Virus record (IMG/VR): IMGVR_UViG_3300028833_003520
Direction: 5' to 3' (one strand)
DNA: 64,000 bases
DNA from: a virus
Lineage: Duplodnaviria; Caudoviricetes
The notes below the pieces were generated by a model, which saw nothing but the letters and a program-made list of their open reading frames with translations, ran no database searches and was not told the origin of the DNA. The position numbers and the translations under genes were made by a program. Each line of letters begins with the position of its first letter. Within the stretch, counting starts at the first letter, position 1. This document shows positions 8,966 through 19,126 of the stretch, piece after piece.

Positions 8966-9979
8966 TCAGGCGAAGTATGTTTCGTAAGCGTCCTTGAGCA
9001 TAGCAAGACGAGTGCAAACATTTTCGCTGTGATTGCTACCATTAGAGCAGGCATCATTGTAACGGCTACTCTTTGACGGTGTTCCATCAAAGAAGTTCTG
9101 AAGGAAGATTGCAAAGTCTGAAGGGTCCTTGCCTTCCTCGATAGCCTTCTGAGCAACCTGTGTAAGAGAAATGAGATGCGTTCTTGTAATCATCTTCTTT
9201 GCTGTCTTCTTGTCCTCAAGATTAAGCAATGCAGAGTGAGCATCGTCGAGGAAGTTGAAGATAGGCTTCATCTGGTCGTTGACTTCCTTGGAAATCTTGA
9301 GTTCTCCATAGATAGGTCTGACATCCTTGTTATCAAGGGCAGTCATATCGTTAGCAACCATATACATCTTGATGGCTGTGTCCTCATTCTGATACGAGTC
9401 GATAGCCTTTTCTGTAAAGTTCTCTGCAAACAGAGGGTGAGAGGCGAGTTTTCTGATACCTGTAAGGTCAGCCGCCTGAATACGAGTCTTCTCGGAAGCA
9501 GAAAGAGGCTTACCATTGTTCAGACGAGCCATAATCTCTGTAATCTCTTCATCGGTAATATCGGTGAAGTAGTAAACAGTAATCTGTGCAGCGTCGAGAG
9601 TATCTTTGAGGCTCTCGGAAAGGTCGTCATACTTAAGACCGTTGAGTTCGATTTCTGTACCGTCTTCGTCGATGATGGGTTCGAGACCTACAAGAGCAAA
9701 CTCGTTGTTCTTGAACTTGGTGATAGTAAGGCATCTCTGCTTACCATCAAGTGCGTCGAAGACTGCAACGTCACCCTTCGGTGTTTTGACTGTTCTGCCA
9801 TCTCTGATGGTGTACATAGGCGGTACAGGATAACCTCTGAGGAGAGAGTCGATAAAGAGGGACTTTCTTGCATTGTCCCAAACGTAACCTCTCTGAATAG
9901 CATTGTCAAAGACAAGGCTATTGTTGGTGACCATCTTGAAAATCTGCTTTGTGTTCCAGGGAATTGATGCTTTAATCAT
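8966..9979 (-). CDS. DUF262 (GmrSD N-terminal, ParB/Srx-like) domain protein
   Basis: QRGYVW, FIDSLLRGYPVPP, DGKQR, RLN.GKPL motifs. Confidence 0.85.
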   Translation of the reverse strand: MIKASIPWNTKQIFKMVTNNSLVFDNAIQRGYVWDNARKSLFIDSLLRGYPVPPMYTIRDGRTVKTPKGDVAVFDALDGKQRCLTITKFKNNEFALVGLEPIIDEDGTEIELNGLKYDDLSESLKDTLDAAQITVYYFTDITDEEITEIMARLNNGKPLSASEKTRIQAADLTGIRKLASHPLFAENFTEKAIDSYQNEDTAIKMYMVANDMTALDNKDVRPIYGELKISKEVNDQMKPIFNFLDDAHSALLNLEDKKTAKKMITRTHLISLTQVAQKAIEEGKDPSDFAIFLQNFFDGTPSKSSRYNDACSNGSNHSENVCTRLAMLKDAYETYFA

Positions 9980-10001
9980 TTTGGGTATTTCTCCTTTATT
10001 A

Positions 10002-10391
10002 TTATTCAGTTTTGAATGTATTTAACCACATCTCATAGGTTCCGTTTGTGGCGTTGCCTGAAATGAGAGCGTTTAAGTCTGATACGAAGTTGAGATATAT
10101 CTCGTCTTCATCGTCAAATTCGAAGTTTCCGTTGTTTGCAATCATTGTTTCACGAATCTTGTCGTTGTACGGCTTTGCAAAGTCAGAGAACTTACAAGTA
10201 ATTGTGTTCTCCTTTGCGTATTTAGGAACAATGACTTCAACATTGTTTGCAAGGAAACAAAGGAATTTGTCACAAGGGTCGTCGCTTGTTTCGTCACCAA
10301 GAACGAAAGCGACATATACATTGTCAAGGTCTGTATCGCAAACATCGAGACAATCTGTATTGCGTGAATTAAAGTATTCTTTGATGGTCAT
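10002..10391 (-). CDS. Hypothetical protein
   Basis: RBS and ORF. Confidence 0.75.
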   Translation of the reverse strand: MTIKEYFNSRNTDCLDVCDTDLDNVYVAFVLGDETSDDPCDKFLCFLANNVEVIVPKYAKENTITCKFSDFAKPYNDKIRETMIANNGNFEFDDEDEIYLNFVSDLNALISGNATNGTYEMWLNTFKTE

Positions 10392-10394
10392 AGT

Positions 10395-10793
10395 TTACTC
10401 CTTTTCTGTAATGCCGATTGTGATTTTATCCTCGTCAATATATGACGGGAAAAGTTGTTTGTTTGCGAGAAGTCTTGCAAATTTTGCGTCAGGGGCGGAA
10501 ATTGTATCTTTTATGGTAATAGTAACTTCAAAGTTCTTGCTTTTAGCGAGGTAATCTTTGACAGTAATATTGCCTTTATCAGAAATGGTAGCGTCGTCAA
10601 TATAAAGCCTTGGCTTACCACCTTTCTGAATGTAATGTTTTCCGTCGGCTGTTGTTTTGATGTTCATCAAAGCAAGTTCAACGAGACTTACAGACCTGAC
10701 AAGGTTGTTCTTCTCTTTTCCTGTGTAATAGACTTCTCCATCTGAAAAGACAGAAGGTTCGGTAGGTTTGCCGTTGATACCGTCAACTATCAT
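10395..10793 (-). CDS. Hypothetical protein
   Basis: RBS and ORF. Confidence 0.75.
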   Translation of the reverse strand: MIVDGINGKPTEPSVFSDGEVYYTGKEKNNLVRSVSLVELALMNIKTTADGKHYIQKGGKPRLYIDDATISDKGNITVKDYLAKSKNFEVTITIKDTISAPDAKFARLLANKQLFPSYIDEDKITIGITEKE

Positions 10794-11221
10794 AACAGTT
10801 TCTCCTTTCTGAGTACATCTTCAAGAGATGCCCACTCGTAGTTTGAAGCGGAGCAGGAAACGAGCCATTTGCCGTTTTCGAAGAGGTAGTTCCAGCCCAT
10901 CCAGTTTTTGAGTTCTTCTTTACTCAAAGTTTGAATGGAAAGTCTTTCTTGGCGGTCTCGTGCATAAAATACACACTGATTTTTGACTGATTCGTAGTAT
11001 TCTTTGTCGTAGAGTCTGCGACTGAAATCAATAGGTTCAGTTCCTATTTCTTCGTAGATACAAGAAGCGTCACCGTGTGCTATAAGTTCTGATGCTTTCT
11101 GTTCATCAGAATAATGTTTGAACAAGATTACGCCAAGATGCCTTAAGTAGCCGTCACCGTGACAGTAGATAGTTTTTATCTCATTGTCTTTGTTTATTCC
11201 AATCTGTGCGTGACTACTCAT
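10790..11221 (-). CDS. Phage-type hypothetical protein
   Basis: IYCHGDGY..HLG..L..HY motif. Confidence 0.75.
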   Translation of the reverse strand: MSSHAQIGINKDNEIKTIYCHGDGYLRHLGVILFKHYSDEQKASELIAHGDASCIYEEIGTEPIDFSRRLYDKEYYESVKNQCVFYARDRQERLSIQTLSKEELKNWMGWNYLFENGKWLVSCSASNYEWASLEDVLRKEKLL

Positions 11222-11222
11222 A

Positions 11223-11471
11223 TTAACTCTCCTTTAGCAAGTTCTTGCTGTTTTCAATAAGTTCGAGAACAGTTGCGTTAAGGCGGTATGCATTAAGATT
11301 CCATACAGTAACGATATCGTTATGCGGAGTTTTAATAACATTAGCAATAACGGCTCCTGATGCATTAGGGTCAATAGGATAACCGTCGATAGCAATGATT
11401 TCATTGCCATCGTCATCGGTTTCTCTGTGTGTATTCTCAAAGAATACATATTCATCGGTTGTGCGTGTCAT
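11223..11471 (-). CDS. Hypothetical protein
   Basis: Start MTRTT after GGAGG. Confidence 0.7.
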   Translation of the reverse strand: MTRTTDEYVFFENTHRETDDDGNEIIAIDGYPIDPNASGAVIANVIKTPHNDIVTVWNLNAYRLNATVLELIENSKNLLKES

Positions 11472-12157
11472 ACTGCCTCCTGTCCGATAAGTCCACCACA
11501 AGAAGGACACTGCGGTAAGAATCCAATTATTGTTTCAGTAGTGCAGTATTCTCTGCCACAATACTGACAATAATATCTCTTAATCCTTACGCCGTCTTCA
11601 GTAGGAATATCGGTAGTTGTTTTATTCTGTTCGAGGACTGCCTCAGTTTCATCGTCTGCATAGGTATCTTTGACTTCGGCAAGTTCTTTGTCCAGTTGAT
11701 TCTGGTATTCTTCTTTAGCCTGATTGAGAGTATCATCAGTTGGGTTGTTTTGCTTGTACTTTTCATACTCTTCTTTCTCTTTGCGAATAGCATCTTCGAC
11801 TTGTTTAGCAATCTTGTCTCCAATTTTCTCTGCCTGTTCTTTAGCCAAGTTTTCGGCTTTTTGTAAATCTTTTTCAATTTTTGCATTATGCAAATCAGAA
11901 GAAGATTTTGTTTTACGTTTAGGCAGAGAAAAATCGGGAAGTGATATGCTGTAACTATGGGTCGTAAGAGCCATTGCAGTTTTGAATATACCTGTGAAGA
12001 GAAATATGACTCCCATTACGGTGAGAATAGTACCACCAAGTTGTAATATCTTTGGTGGAAATGCGTCACCAAAAAGGGTAGGTGAAGTTGAGCAAATACT
12101 TCCGATGGTAACCATAATAATACCCATAAATAGTGTTAGAATTGGCATACAAATCAT
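11468..12157 (-). CDS. Membrane protein with coiled coil and C-terminal Zn ribbon
   Basis: Two N-terminal hydrophobic segments; CQYC...CPSC. Confidence 0.75.
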   Translation of the reverse strand: MICMPILTLFMGIIMVTIGSICSTSPTLFGDAFPPKILQLGGTILTVMGVIFLFTGIFKTAMALTTHSYSISLPDFSLPKRKTKSSSDLHNAKIEKDLQKAENLAKEQAEKIGDKIAKQVEDAIRKEKEEYEKYKQNNPTDDTLNQAKEEYQNQLDKELAEVKDTYADDETEAVLEQNKTTTDIPTEDGVRIKRYYCQYCGREYCTTETIIGFLPQCPSCGGLIGQEAV

Positions 12158-12160
12158 TCC

Positions 12161-13501
12161 TTAATAGAAGTTAGGTGGCAAGGGATTATCGGGGTCACTG
12201 TTTATGACTGAGTTTTGATAATCTGCTTGCGATTTTTCGAAACCAACGTGAGAATTCTGATAGAATCGAACACCTGATTGATGTGGTATATCAGGAAGGT
12301 ATTGCTGATATGTCCAATGATTTTGGAAATCGTGTGGATATTTATATCCAATACCTGAACCATATCGAGATGCGGTGCTATAGTGAGTGTCTCGAAGATG
12401 CATTGGAACTGTGTTGTTCGGATTGTTCTTTACATACTGCCGAGCACTATCAATTCCAACGACAGCAGAATTACTCTTTGGTGCCATCGCAATATAGAGG
12501 GTTGCTTGAGCAAGAGGTATTCTTGCTTCAGGAAAACCAATTCTTTCGGCGGCAAGTGAGGCATTTACAGCAATGATAAGTGCCTGTGGGTCTGCATTAC
12601 CGACATCTTCAGATGCCGATACTATAAGTCGTCTTGCGATATATTCAGGTTCTTCTCCTGCTTCAATCATTACTGCAAGCCAGTAAAGTGCTGCGTCAGG
12701 GTTAGAGCCTCTCAGACTTTTGATAAAAGCAGAGATAGTATCGTAATGCATAGTACCGTCGGTATCGTATAAGAGATTGGGTTTCTGAATGATTGCCTTA
12801 ATGTTATCTACAGTAACAGTATTGTTACTGCAAGTAAGGCAAGCGAGTTCAAGCAAAGTCAAAGCGTGGCGAACATCGGGAACTGATTGTTCTGCAATTA
12901 AACGCTTTGTACTTTCGTCTATATTGATGTTGAGATTGCCTAAGCCTTTAGGTGAAGTTAATGCTCTATCTATGGCTTTGAGGATGTCCTCAACAGTTAT
13001 GTTTTCTAACTGACATAGATAGGAACGAGATACTAAGGCAGGGTTAACCTCGAAAGAAGGATTTTCGGTAGTTGCACCGATAAGTATTACTGTTTTGTTT
13101 TCAACAAAGGGGAGCAAATAATCTTGCTGTATCTTGTTGAAACGATGAATCTCATCAATAAACAGAATAGTTGATTTACCTACTTCGAGATTTTTCTTTG
13201 CAATCTCAACGACTTTTTCAATGTCCTTCTTTCCTGCGGCAACAGCGTTAATGGTGTAGAAATCAGCATTAGTCTGTTCTGCAATAACATTGGCAATACT
13301 TGTCTTGCCAGTGCCAGGTGGTCCGAAGAGAATGATAGGACAGAGAATAGTGTTATCAATCATCTTACAAAGAGGTGAGTCTTTATAAAATAGATGACTT
13401 TGACCTACTATTTCGTCAACGGTAGTAGGTCGCATACGAACGGCGAGAGGGAGTTTTGCGAACTCTTCGTCGGTCATTTTGTTTTCATTAGCCATCAGCA
13501 T
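12161..13501 (-). CDS. rarA: Replication-associated recombination protein A (AAA+)
   Basis: PLA.RMRP, GPPGTGKT, DEIHRFNK.QQD, ATTENP, ISAFIKS.RGS, SEDVG, YKYPHD. Confidence 0.95.
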   Translation of the reverse strand: MLMANENKMTDEEFAKLPLAVRMRPTTVDEIVGQSHLFYKDSPLCKMIDNTILCPIILFGPPGTGKTSIANVIAEQTNADFYTINAVAAGKKDIEKVVEIAKKNLEVGKSTILFIDEIHRFNKIQQDYLLPFVENKTVILIGATTENPSFEVNPALVSRSYLCQLENITVEDILKAIDRALTSPKGLGNLNINIDESTKRLIAEQSVPDVRHALTLLELACLTCSNNTVTVDNIKAIIQKPNLLYDTDGTMHYDTISAFIKSLRGSNPDAALYWLAVMIEAGEEPEYIARRLIVSASEDVGNADPQALIIAVNASLAAERIGFPEARIPLAQATLYIAMAPKSNSAVVGIDSARQYVKNNPNNTVPMHLRDTHYSTASRYGSGIGYKYPHDFQNHWTYQQYLPDIPHQSGVRFYQNSHVGFEKSQADYQNSVINSDPDNPLPPNFY

Positions 13502-13518
13502 CTCCTTTCTGATGTTGT

Positions 13519-14715
13519 TTAAGCATCCACAGTAAAATCACCATTTTCATCAGAGGTTTCAGCAACGATTATATCTTCGGAATCAGAAGAAGTTTCTTCT
13601 TCATTGATTTCGGCTTCAACAATCTTTGTTTTCTTACTTTTCTTTTTCGTCTTGTCTTCAGGCGGAGCAGGGAAGAAGCCAAGTGTTGTTGCGTAGTGGT
13701 GAATTATCAATTCAAGTTCGGTTTCTGTGTAAGCCGAACGAATGATTTCTTTGATGAAGGGATTACCTGTGGTTGCAAGAGGATTACGAATAGGAGACCA
13801 TTTGTCTGCTTTGTACTCACTTGCTTCTAAAGCAAATGAAGTACCGTAATCCTTAACTGTGACACAGCGTTCAACACCATCGTTAAGTAGGTTGAAGTAT
13901 GAAACCATAAGTGTCGCTGAGTTGTGGAAACTTCCTGTACGCCACGTATCAATTTTCTCCATATCGAGAGCATTGCATTCACGATTCCAACAAAAAGCAT
14001 TTTTGATGGAAGCCGTGTAGAGTTCGGTATGAATGTCAGGTGATATGCGGTATGATTCCACGTCACTTGCAGTAGCAAGTTCAACATTATCAGCACGAAT
14101 GGTGTTGTAAACGGTATCGGAGTAAGCAAGTAAGTTATTCCAGTTACCGCTTTCGTAAGTATAACCATCTTCGGGTGTGAACATACGATAGATGTCTATA
14201 CGCCTATCGTCACTGTTGTGTATCTGATGGACAACGAGATATTCGTCGTCGTTTATCAGTCGGGAAAGAGCGACAAACATTTCTTCTTCAATATCGCACC
14301 AAGTAACGCTTTCAGCGTTGTCAACATTAAAACGGTCAAACACACATTCACCAGCCTTGTTATAAAGGCGGTAATGGTAATCAAAGTCGGATGCTTTATC
14401 ACCTTTGAGGTGCTTGCCGTTAATGTCGTAAAGTCGTCTTATAAGTGTTAACGGAAGTGACTTTACATCGCTTTGTGCCCAGATTGAAAATCTTGGGTAC
14501 ATAACATAGTTTGAATAATTGAAATAGATGGCGTAAACTGCTTGTCCGTTAGGCATTTGCTTCTTAATAATATTAGCAGTTCTTACTGTGTTATTATCAA
14601 TAGGCTCGCCCAATGTTTCGACGAGCATTTGTAATTTGTCTTCGTCAGAACAGTGGAAGAAATTTGTGCGAATGGTATGAAGGAATTTGGGTTTAGATTG
14701 GTTGTAATGAAGCAT
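13519..14715 (-). CDS. Hypothetical protein with acidic tail
   Basis: 398-aa ORF with RBS. Confidence 0.8.
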   Translation of the reverse strand: MLHYNQSKPKFLHTIRTNFFHCSDEDKLQMLVETLGEPIDNNTVRTANIIKKQMPNGQAVYAIYFNYSNYVMYPRFSIWAQSDVKSLPLTLIRRLYDINGKHLKGDKASDFDYHYRLYNKAGECVFDRFNVDNAESVTWCDIEEEMFVALSRLINDDEYLVVHQIHNSDDRRIDIYRMFTPEDGYTYESGNWNNLLAYSDTVYNTIRADNVELATASDVESYRISPDIHTELYTASIKNAFCWNRECNALDMEKIDTWRTGSFHNSATLMVSYFNLLNDGVERCVTVKDYGTSFALEASEYKADKWSPIRNPLATTGNPFIKEIIRSAYTETELELIIHHYATTLGFFPAPPEDKTKKKSKKTKIVEAEINEEETSSDSEDIIVAETSDENGDFTVDA

Positions 14716-14755
14716 TGGTGCTCATCTCCTTAAGGCTGTTTTTTCTGAATACTTC

Positions 14756-14953
14756 TTAAAAGATGATTTCTACATCTCGGAGGTGATTGCCTAATTTTGT
14801 GCAGAAGAAAAACGGAGTGCAAAGGATTCGTTTTACATTAGCATAGCCGTTGTAAAGCAAATAGCCAGTGCCTTCTGCAGTAGATTCGCACCAAGTTTTA
14901 ACGAGGTGGAATTTTCTGTCATCTGCTTTGCGTGTTGTTTTCATACGAGGCAT
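14756..14953 (-). CDS. Hypothetical protein
   Basis: RBS and ORF. Confidence 0.55.
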   Translation of the reverse strand: MPRMKTTRKADDRKFHLVKTWCESTAEGTGYLLYNGYANVKRILCTPFFFCTKLGNHLRDVEIIF

Positions 14954-14959
14954 CTCCTT

Positions 14960-15415
14960 TCAGCAATGACCTGCTCGCTGCATTCTTTTGATGTGCTTGT
15001 TGATTTCGTCTGCGAAGATAGGGATAAGGAATTCCATTCCTGCTTCTTTACAGTAGTCAACGACGGTCTTATTTTCGCCGTATTTTACTTTCATAAAGCA
15101 ACCGCAAACATCATAAGCACCCTGCCAGTTAATGAAATACTCGTGGTTATCAAGTTCATAACGGATTGCCTGTCTTGCAAAGGTCTTTTTCTTCATAAGT
15201 TCAGGCAGTTCTGAAGGCTTGGTAAGCCAGGCTTTGTAAGTAGGAAGGTCGTTCTTGTGAACAAGACCACCGTAGCCGACACTTACAAGGTCTTCAGGCT
15301 TACAGTTAAGTTTTGTGAGAATTTCATTTAACTGTTCGTTACTGAACGCATAGTGAATAGGAAGTTCGTTAACTTCTTTCTGTTGAGCGTCCTTGTATTC
15401 TTGGTAGGTAATCAT
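14960..15415 (-). CDS. Hypothetical protein
   Basis: RBS and ORF. Confidence 0.8.
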   Translation of the reverse strand: MITYQEYKDAQQKEVNELPIHYAFSNEQLNEILTKLNCKPEDLVSVGYGGLVHKNDLPTYKAWLTKPSELPELMKKKTFARQAIRYELDNHEYFINWQGAYDVCGCFMKVKYGENKTVVDYCKEAGMEFLIPIFADEINKHIKRMQRAGHC

Positions 15416-15433
15416 AGAGTTGTCCTTTCTATT

Positions 15434-15832
15434 TTAAGCGAGCACACCTTGTTTAATAAGGTGTCTCATTGTTTTCCATTCGTCACGCCAATATTTGACG
15501 AGACTGGATATGATGCTGTCTTCAAGTCTAACGGAAGTGTCTGTGTCCCAGACTTCTCCTTTCATTGAAGGCATAATCCAATCGACGCTAAATTCGGACA
15601 TAATGGAGTTATTAGGAATGTAAGCGATTTTTCCACAGATGCGATTTTCACCACGCTCTGTAGGAGTGTCGATTTCGGCTTTGTCAAAACCATCTTCCCA
15701 GCCGAAGACTAAAGCCCAAGTTCTGTCTCCAATATTGTCAAGAATAATAGCCCTTGTTGTTGACATATCTTCGTCTTCGGCAAACTGTTTAATGATGTTT
15801 TTGACTTCGTTAATTTTAATCAAAGTAGCCAT
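15434..15832 (-). CDS. Hypothetical protein
   Basis: Start MATLIK after AGGAG. Confidence 0.75.
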   Translation of the reverse strand: MATLIKINEVKNIIKQFAEDEDMSTTRAIILDNIGDRTWALVFGWEDGFDKAEIDTPTERGENRICGKIAYIPNNSIMSEFSVDWIMPSMKGEVWDTDTSVRLEDSIISSLVKYWRDEWKTMRHLIKQGVLA

Positions 15833-15845
15833 AAATAATTCTCCT

Positions 15846-16088
15846 TTATGCAGGAATATTGCGATAGATAGTTTCTCTGGCTTCTTTTTCGCTATCGGCT
15901 TTGACGATACAAACGAATTTTGGTGAGCCATTAGGGGAACTATCAAGCAAATAGATAGCGTAAAGTTTGTCTTCGAGATAACGACAGGTAATTCCGTGTT
16001 CGTCGAAATCGGATAGAGGTCTGTTAGTTAAATCCTCGAAGACTTCCTTAAATGCTTGGCATTTTTCTTCAGGTGCCATTTCAAACAC
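15846..16088 (-). CDS. Hypothetical protein
   Basis: ORF ending in VKADSEKEARE motif. Confidence 0.7.
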   Translation of the reverse strand: MFEMAPEEKCQAFKEVFEDLTNRPLSDFDEHGITCRYLEDKLYAIYLLDSSPNGSPKFVCIVKADSEKEARETIYRNIPA

Positions 16089-16404
16089 CTACCAATCCAT
16101 CGTAGTAGTTGTAAACACCTTCTTGCGTTGTGCTGTAAACGATATGGTAGTCGCAGATATCTTCGTGCGTATCGGTGTCGATGCTATCACGGATAACGAG
16201 ATTACAGATGCGTCTTTCGTCCTGTAAATCTTTGAAGTATTTACCTAACCAACGGACGATGTGATACTTATCGTCGGTGTGAATACCGTATTCGTGATTA
16301 CCTTTTACACGAATGTCAAGGATAATATAATCACCCTTGACTTTGCGACTTCTCTTTTCAGCCATAATAGAGCCGTAGCCCTGCCAGTGTTTAATCTTTC
16401 TCAT
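16081..16404 (-). CDS. Hypothetical protein
   Basis: RBS and ORF. Confidence 0.75.
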   Translation of the reverse strand: MRKIKHWQGYGSIMAEKRSRKVKGDYIILDIRVKGNHEYGIHTDDKYHIVRWLGKYFKDLQDERRICNLVIRDSIDTDTHEDICDYHIVYSTTQEGVYNYYDGLVGV

Positions 16405-16425
16405 AAGAGTTAGTCTCCTTTCAGA

Positions 16426-16809
16426 TTAGTCTTCAACAATGAAAACGATAGATGCAAATTCGATGTCGCCACCGTTATCTTTGCAAAATGACATTTCGTA
16501 GGTTTTGTAATAACTGCCGTAGCAATTTATCATATGCTCTGCGAAATCTTCGAATGCCGTAATAACCGTTCCATTGTTATCACGATATTTTGTTATGATT
16601 TCTGCGGTAAGGTAATCTGCTGCAGTTTCAAAACCGTTCTCAAAAGCCACCTGCTGAAGACAATCTCTTTCACTTTCCTCAGTTTCAGGAAGATAAAGAG
16701 TCAGGTCATCGTCATAATCCATAAGGTGCTGTAAAGCCTCAACGATGGAGTCTTCATCATTTGTTGGATTAACTCGTGTTAAAAAGTTTTTAATTGTTAA
16801 ACTACCCAT
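16426..16809 (-). CDS. Acidic hypothetical protein
   Basis: Start MGSLT after GAGGTG. Confidence 0.75.
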   Translation of the reverse strand: MGSLTIKNFLTRVNPTNDEDSIVEALQHLMDYDDDLTLYLPETEESERDCLQQVAFENGFETAADYLTAEIITKYRDNNGTVITAFEDFAEHMINCYGSYYKTYEMSFCKDNGGDIEFASIVFIVED

Positions 16810-16813
16810 AGTT

Positions 16814-17434
16814 TTACACCTCATCAAAATCAATGTCGTTATCGTTGAGACAATCAATGCCGTCTTGGTTAACCATCATACGGTCACCGCTATCGAAATC
16901 GTACCAAATACCCTCTTTGTCAAGGCACGCTTTAGCGTTTGCTAAATCGTCAGGGTTGGAGATAATGAGGCGGTAAACGGTATCGTCGTCAGCATCTTCA
17001 TTTTCGTGAAGATATGCCCAGTCGAAGTTGTCGAGGATGTGAGTGACAATGGCACCAACGTCAATCTCGAAATCAACGAAGACGGGAAGACGATTTTCTT
17101 TTCGTTCTTCAGACGGTTCTCTTAATTTATCGAGTTCTTCGAAGTCGATATAAATTTTATCAACGCTTGTGATGATTTCGTTGATGCGTTCATCATATTC
17201 AGCACTTTCAATACCGTCTTTAATGCCTTGCCAAGCAAGGTCAACATCATCAGAAGAAATGTCAGAGTTATCTTTCTTAAACTGTTCTATGGCATCGGTG
17301 GCTTCTTGACTGTCAAAGATTTTGTGTTTTTCAATTAAGTCAGATACTTCAATATTCTCGTCGAGAATGTTGTCCATATCTTCGCCGCCGATATAATCAG
17401 TAATGAACAGTGCTTGATATTTTTCGATTTTCAT
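16814..17434 (-). CDS. Acidic hypothetical protein
   Basis: ORF. Confidence 0.75.
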   Translation of the reverse strand: MKIEKYQALFITDYIGGEDMDNILDENIEVSDLIEKHKIFDSQEATDAIEQFKKDNSDISSDDVDLAWQGIKDGIESAEYDERINEIITSVDKIYIDFEELDKLREPSEERKENRLPVFVDFEIDVGAIVTHILDNFDWAYLHENEDADDDTVYRLIISNPDDLANAKACLDKEGIWYDFDSGDRMMVNQDGIDCLNDNDIDFDEV

Positions 17435-17437
17435 TTG

Positions 17438-17839
17438 TTATACCTCAATAGGTTCTTTCTCGAAATCCTTTGTAAGTGTTATGAATTCTTCATAGCCTTT
17501 ACTAAAACGGATTTCGGTGGCACTGTAGTGTACTATTGCTCTGTAAATGGAATCGGAATTTATGAGAGCAAATGACGGTAATGAGCCGTGCTTACAGATG
17601 ATAGCAGTGCAGGGTGCTTCGTGAGCACTTGGATAGAAACTACGCTTACCCTGGGTAGCAAGTTCTTTTTCTCTCTGAACAACAGGGTCGTTTTCCCAAT
17701 CTTTGCATCCCTGCTTTATGAGACTGGAAAGTTCTTCGTAAGAGAGATTTTCTTCCTTTCTTGCGTGTCTGTAAGTAATGGCAACATCTTCCATTCCAAT
17801 ATAAACGTGGTCTTGTAAAAAGATTACGTCGTAGGTCAT
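17438..17839 (-). CDS. Hypothetical protein
   Basis: Start MTYDV after AAGGA. Confidence 0.7.
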   Translation of the reverse strand: MTYDVIFLQDHVYIGMEDVAITYRHARKEENLSYEELSSLIKQGCKDWENDPVVQREKELATQGKRSFYPSAHEAPCTAIICKHGSLPSFALINSDSIYRAIVHYSATEIRFSKGYEEFITLTKDFEKEPIEV

Positions 17840-17968
17840 TTTAAGTTTTCCTTTCTGTGAAATTAAGAATTTTAGTCTTGTATGGAAATGCGTACAGCAT
17901 TTGGATTTATGCCAAATTGTCGGACTGCACGACAAACAAGACTAAAAGGAAAGATAAATTTTAAGGAT

Positions 17969-18003
17969 AAAAATGGTAGTCCCTAATTTTAGAGACTACC
18001 ATT
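17969..18003 (-). terminator. Probable intrinsic terminator
   Basis: aatggtagtc...gactaccatt stem with U run on the minus strand. Confidence 0.6.
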
Positions 18004-18016
18004 CCTTAAATGAAGA

Positions 18017-18886
18017 TTAGGCTTTATCCCAAAGGATGTTTCCGTCCTTATCTTCAATCTTGTTAACGTAACACGCTACACATTCACCAAGTTCGCCGAT
18101 ACCGATATCTTCGGCAAGGCTATTGCCTTTTTCTTCAGCAGACTCGATGTCGTTTGCTTTAACCATAATATCGGTTCTTGTATCAATGCGAACAGTTGCG
18201 TAGTAGAGGTTACCGACAATATCCCACTCACGACACATATTCATTAACTTGTCGAGGATGACCAAGAGGTCGTCACCGAAGTTATTACCGACAAGACCTT
18301 CGAGAATACGGATGCAGGAAACGAGGGCAGCCTCAATCTTATCTTCGGGATAGCACGTTTTCTTTGACCACGTATCGTTTTCGATAAGGTCGCTAATAGG
18401 GCGTGAGATGGTGTCATAATCTTCGCCATAAATGATGGCTATGCCATCAGTTTCAATGGCTTCTTCACGGGTGAGACCAGTTGCGATAAGTTCAGTGATA
18501 CGGTCTTCCTTATCACTATTGGTAAGTTCGATACCTTTTTCTTCACAATAGTCTTCAAGAATGTCGATTACTCTACCAATGAATTCAGGCTTATCATTAT
18601 CAGAGAGTTCGTAAGGCTCTTCTTCACGGTAGCAAATCCAAACACCCATATAATCGCAATCGTCTGCGTGAACAGAAGTAACTTTGACATCATAATAAGC
18701 GGAAAGAGCGTTATTCACTTTTTCGTCTGTGATGTCTATGTTATCGTCTTCGTGTGTGTAGGAAATACCGTCAAGAGCGTATTCAACAGAAACTTTTCCA
18801 TTGAAAATAGTGTTAATAAGCCTTGTGTATTCGTCGGAGAGGAGAAAAATGCAGGATTTCTTCTTTGAATCTTCAATGTTTCTCAT
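18017..18886 (-). CDS. Acidic hypothetical protein
   Basis: 289-aa ORF. Confidence 0.8.
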   Translation of the reverse strand: MRNIEDSKKKSCIFLLSDEYTRLINTIFNGKVSVEYALDGISYTHEDDNIDITDEKVNNALSAYYDVKVTSVHADDCDYMGVWICYREEEPYELSDNDKPEFIGRVIDILEDYCEEKGIELTNSDKEDRITELIATGLTREEAIETDGIAIIYGEDYDTISRPISDLIENDTWSKKTCYPEDKIEAALVSCIRILEGLVGNNFGDDLLVILDKLMNMCREWDIVGNLYYATVRIDTRTDIMVKANDIESAEEKGNSLAEDIGIGELGECVACYVNKIEDKDGNILWDKA

Positions 18887-18889
18887 AAT

Positions 18890-19111
18890 TTATCCTTTCG
18901 TGGGTGAATCGGGGTGAAGCGTGACCGTTTCGATAGGCTTAAGAGTCTTTGGGTCACACAGTGTGAGTTTGACAGGCTTGCCTGCAAACTTGGAAACGTC
19001 AATGAGTTCGTTTTCTTCGAAACGCATTTGGAACTCTGCGAACTCTTCGTCATTAAGTTCGTACTGACGCTTATTCTTGCCTTTGCCTGTGGTTAAAATA
19101 TGCTTTGCCAT
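18890..19111 (-). CDS. Hypothetical protein
   Basis: RBS and ORF. Confidence 0.75.
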   Translation of the reverse strand: MAKHILTTGKGKNKRQYELNDEEFAEFQMRFEENELIDVSKFAGKPVKLTLCDPKTLKPIETVTLHPDSPTKG

Positions 19112-19126
19112 ATTTATTCTCCTTTA

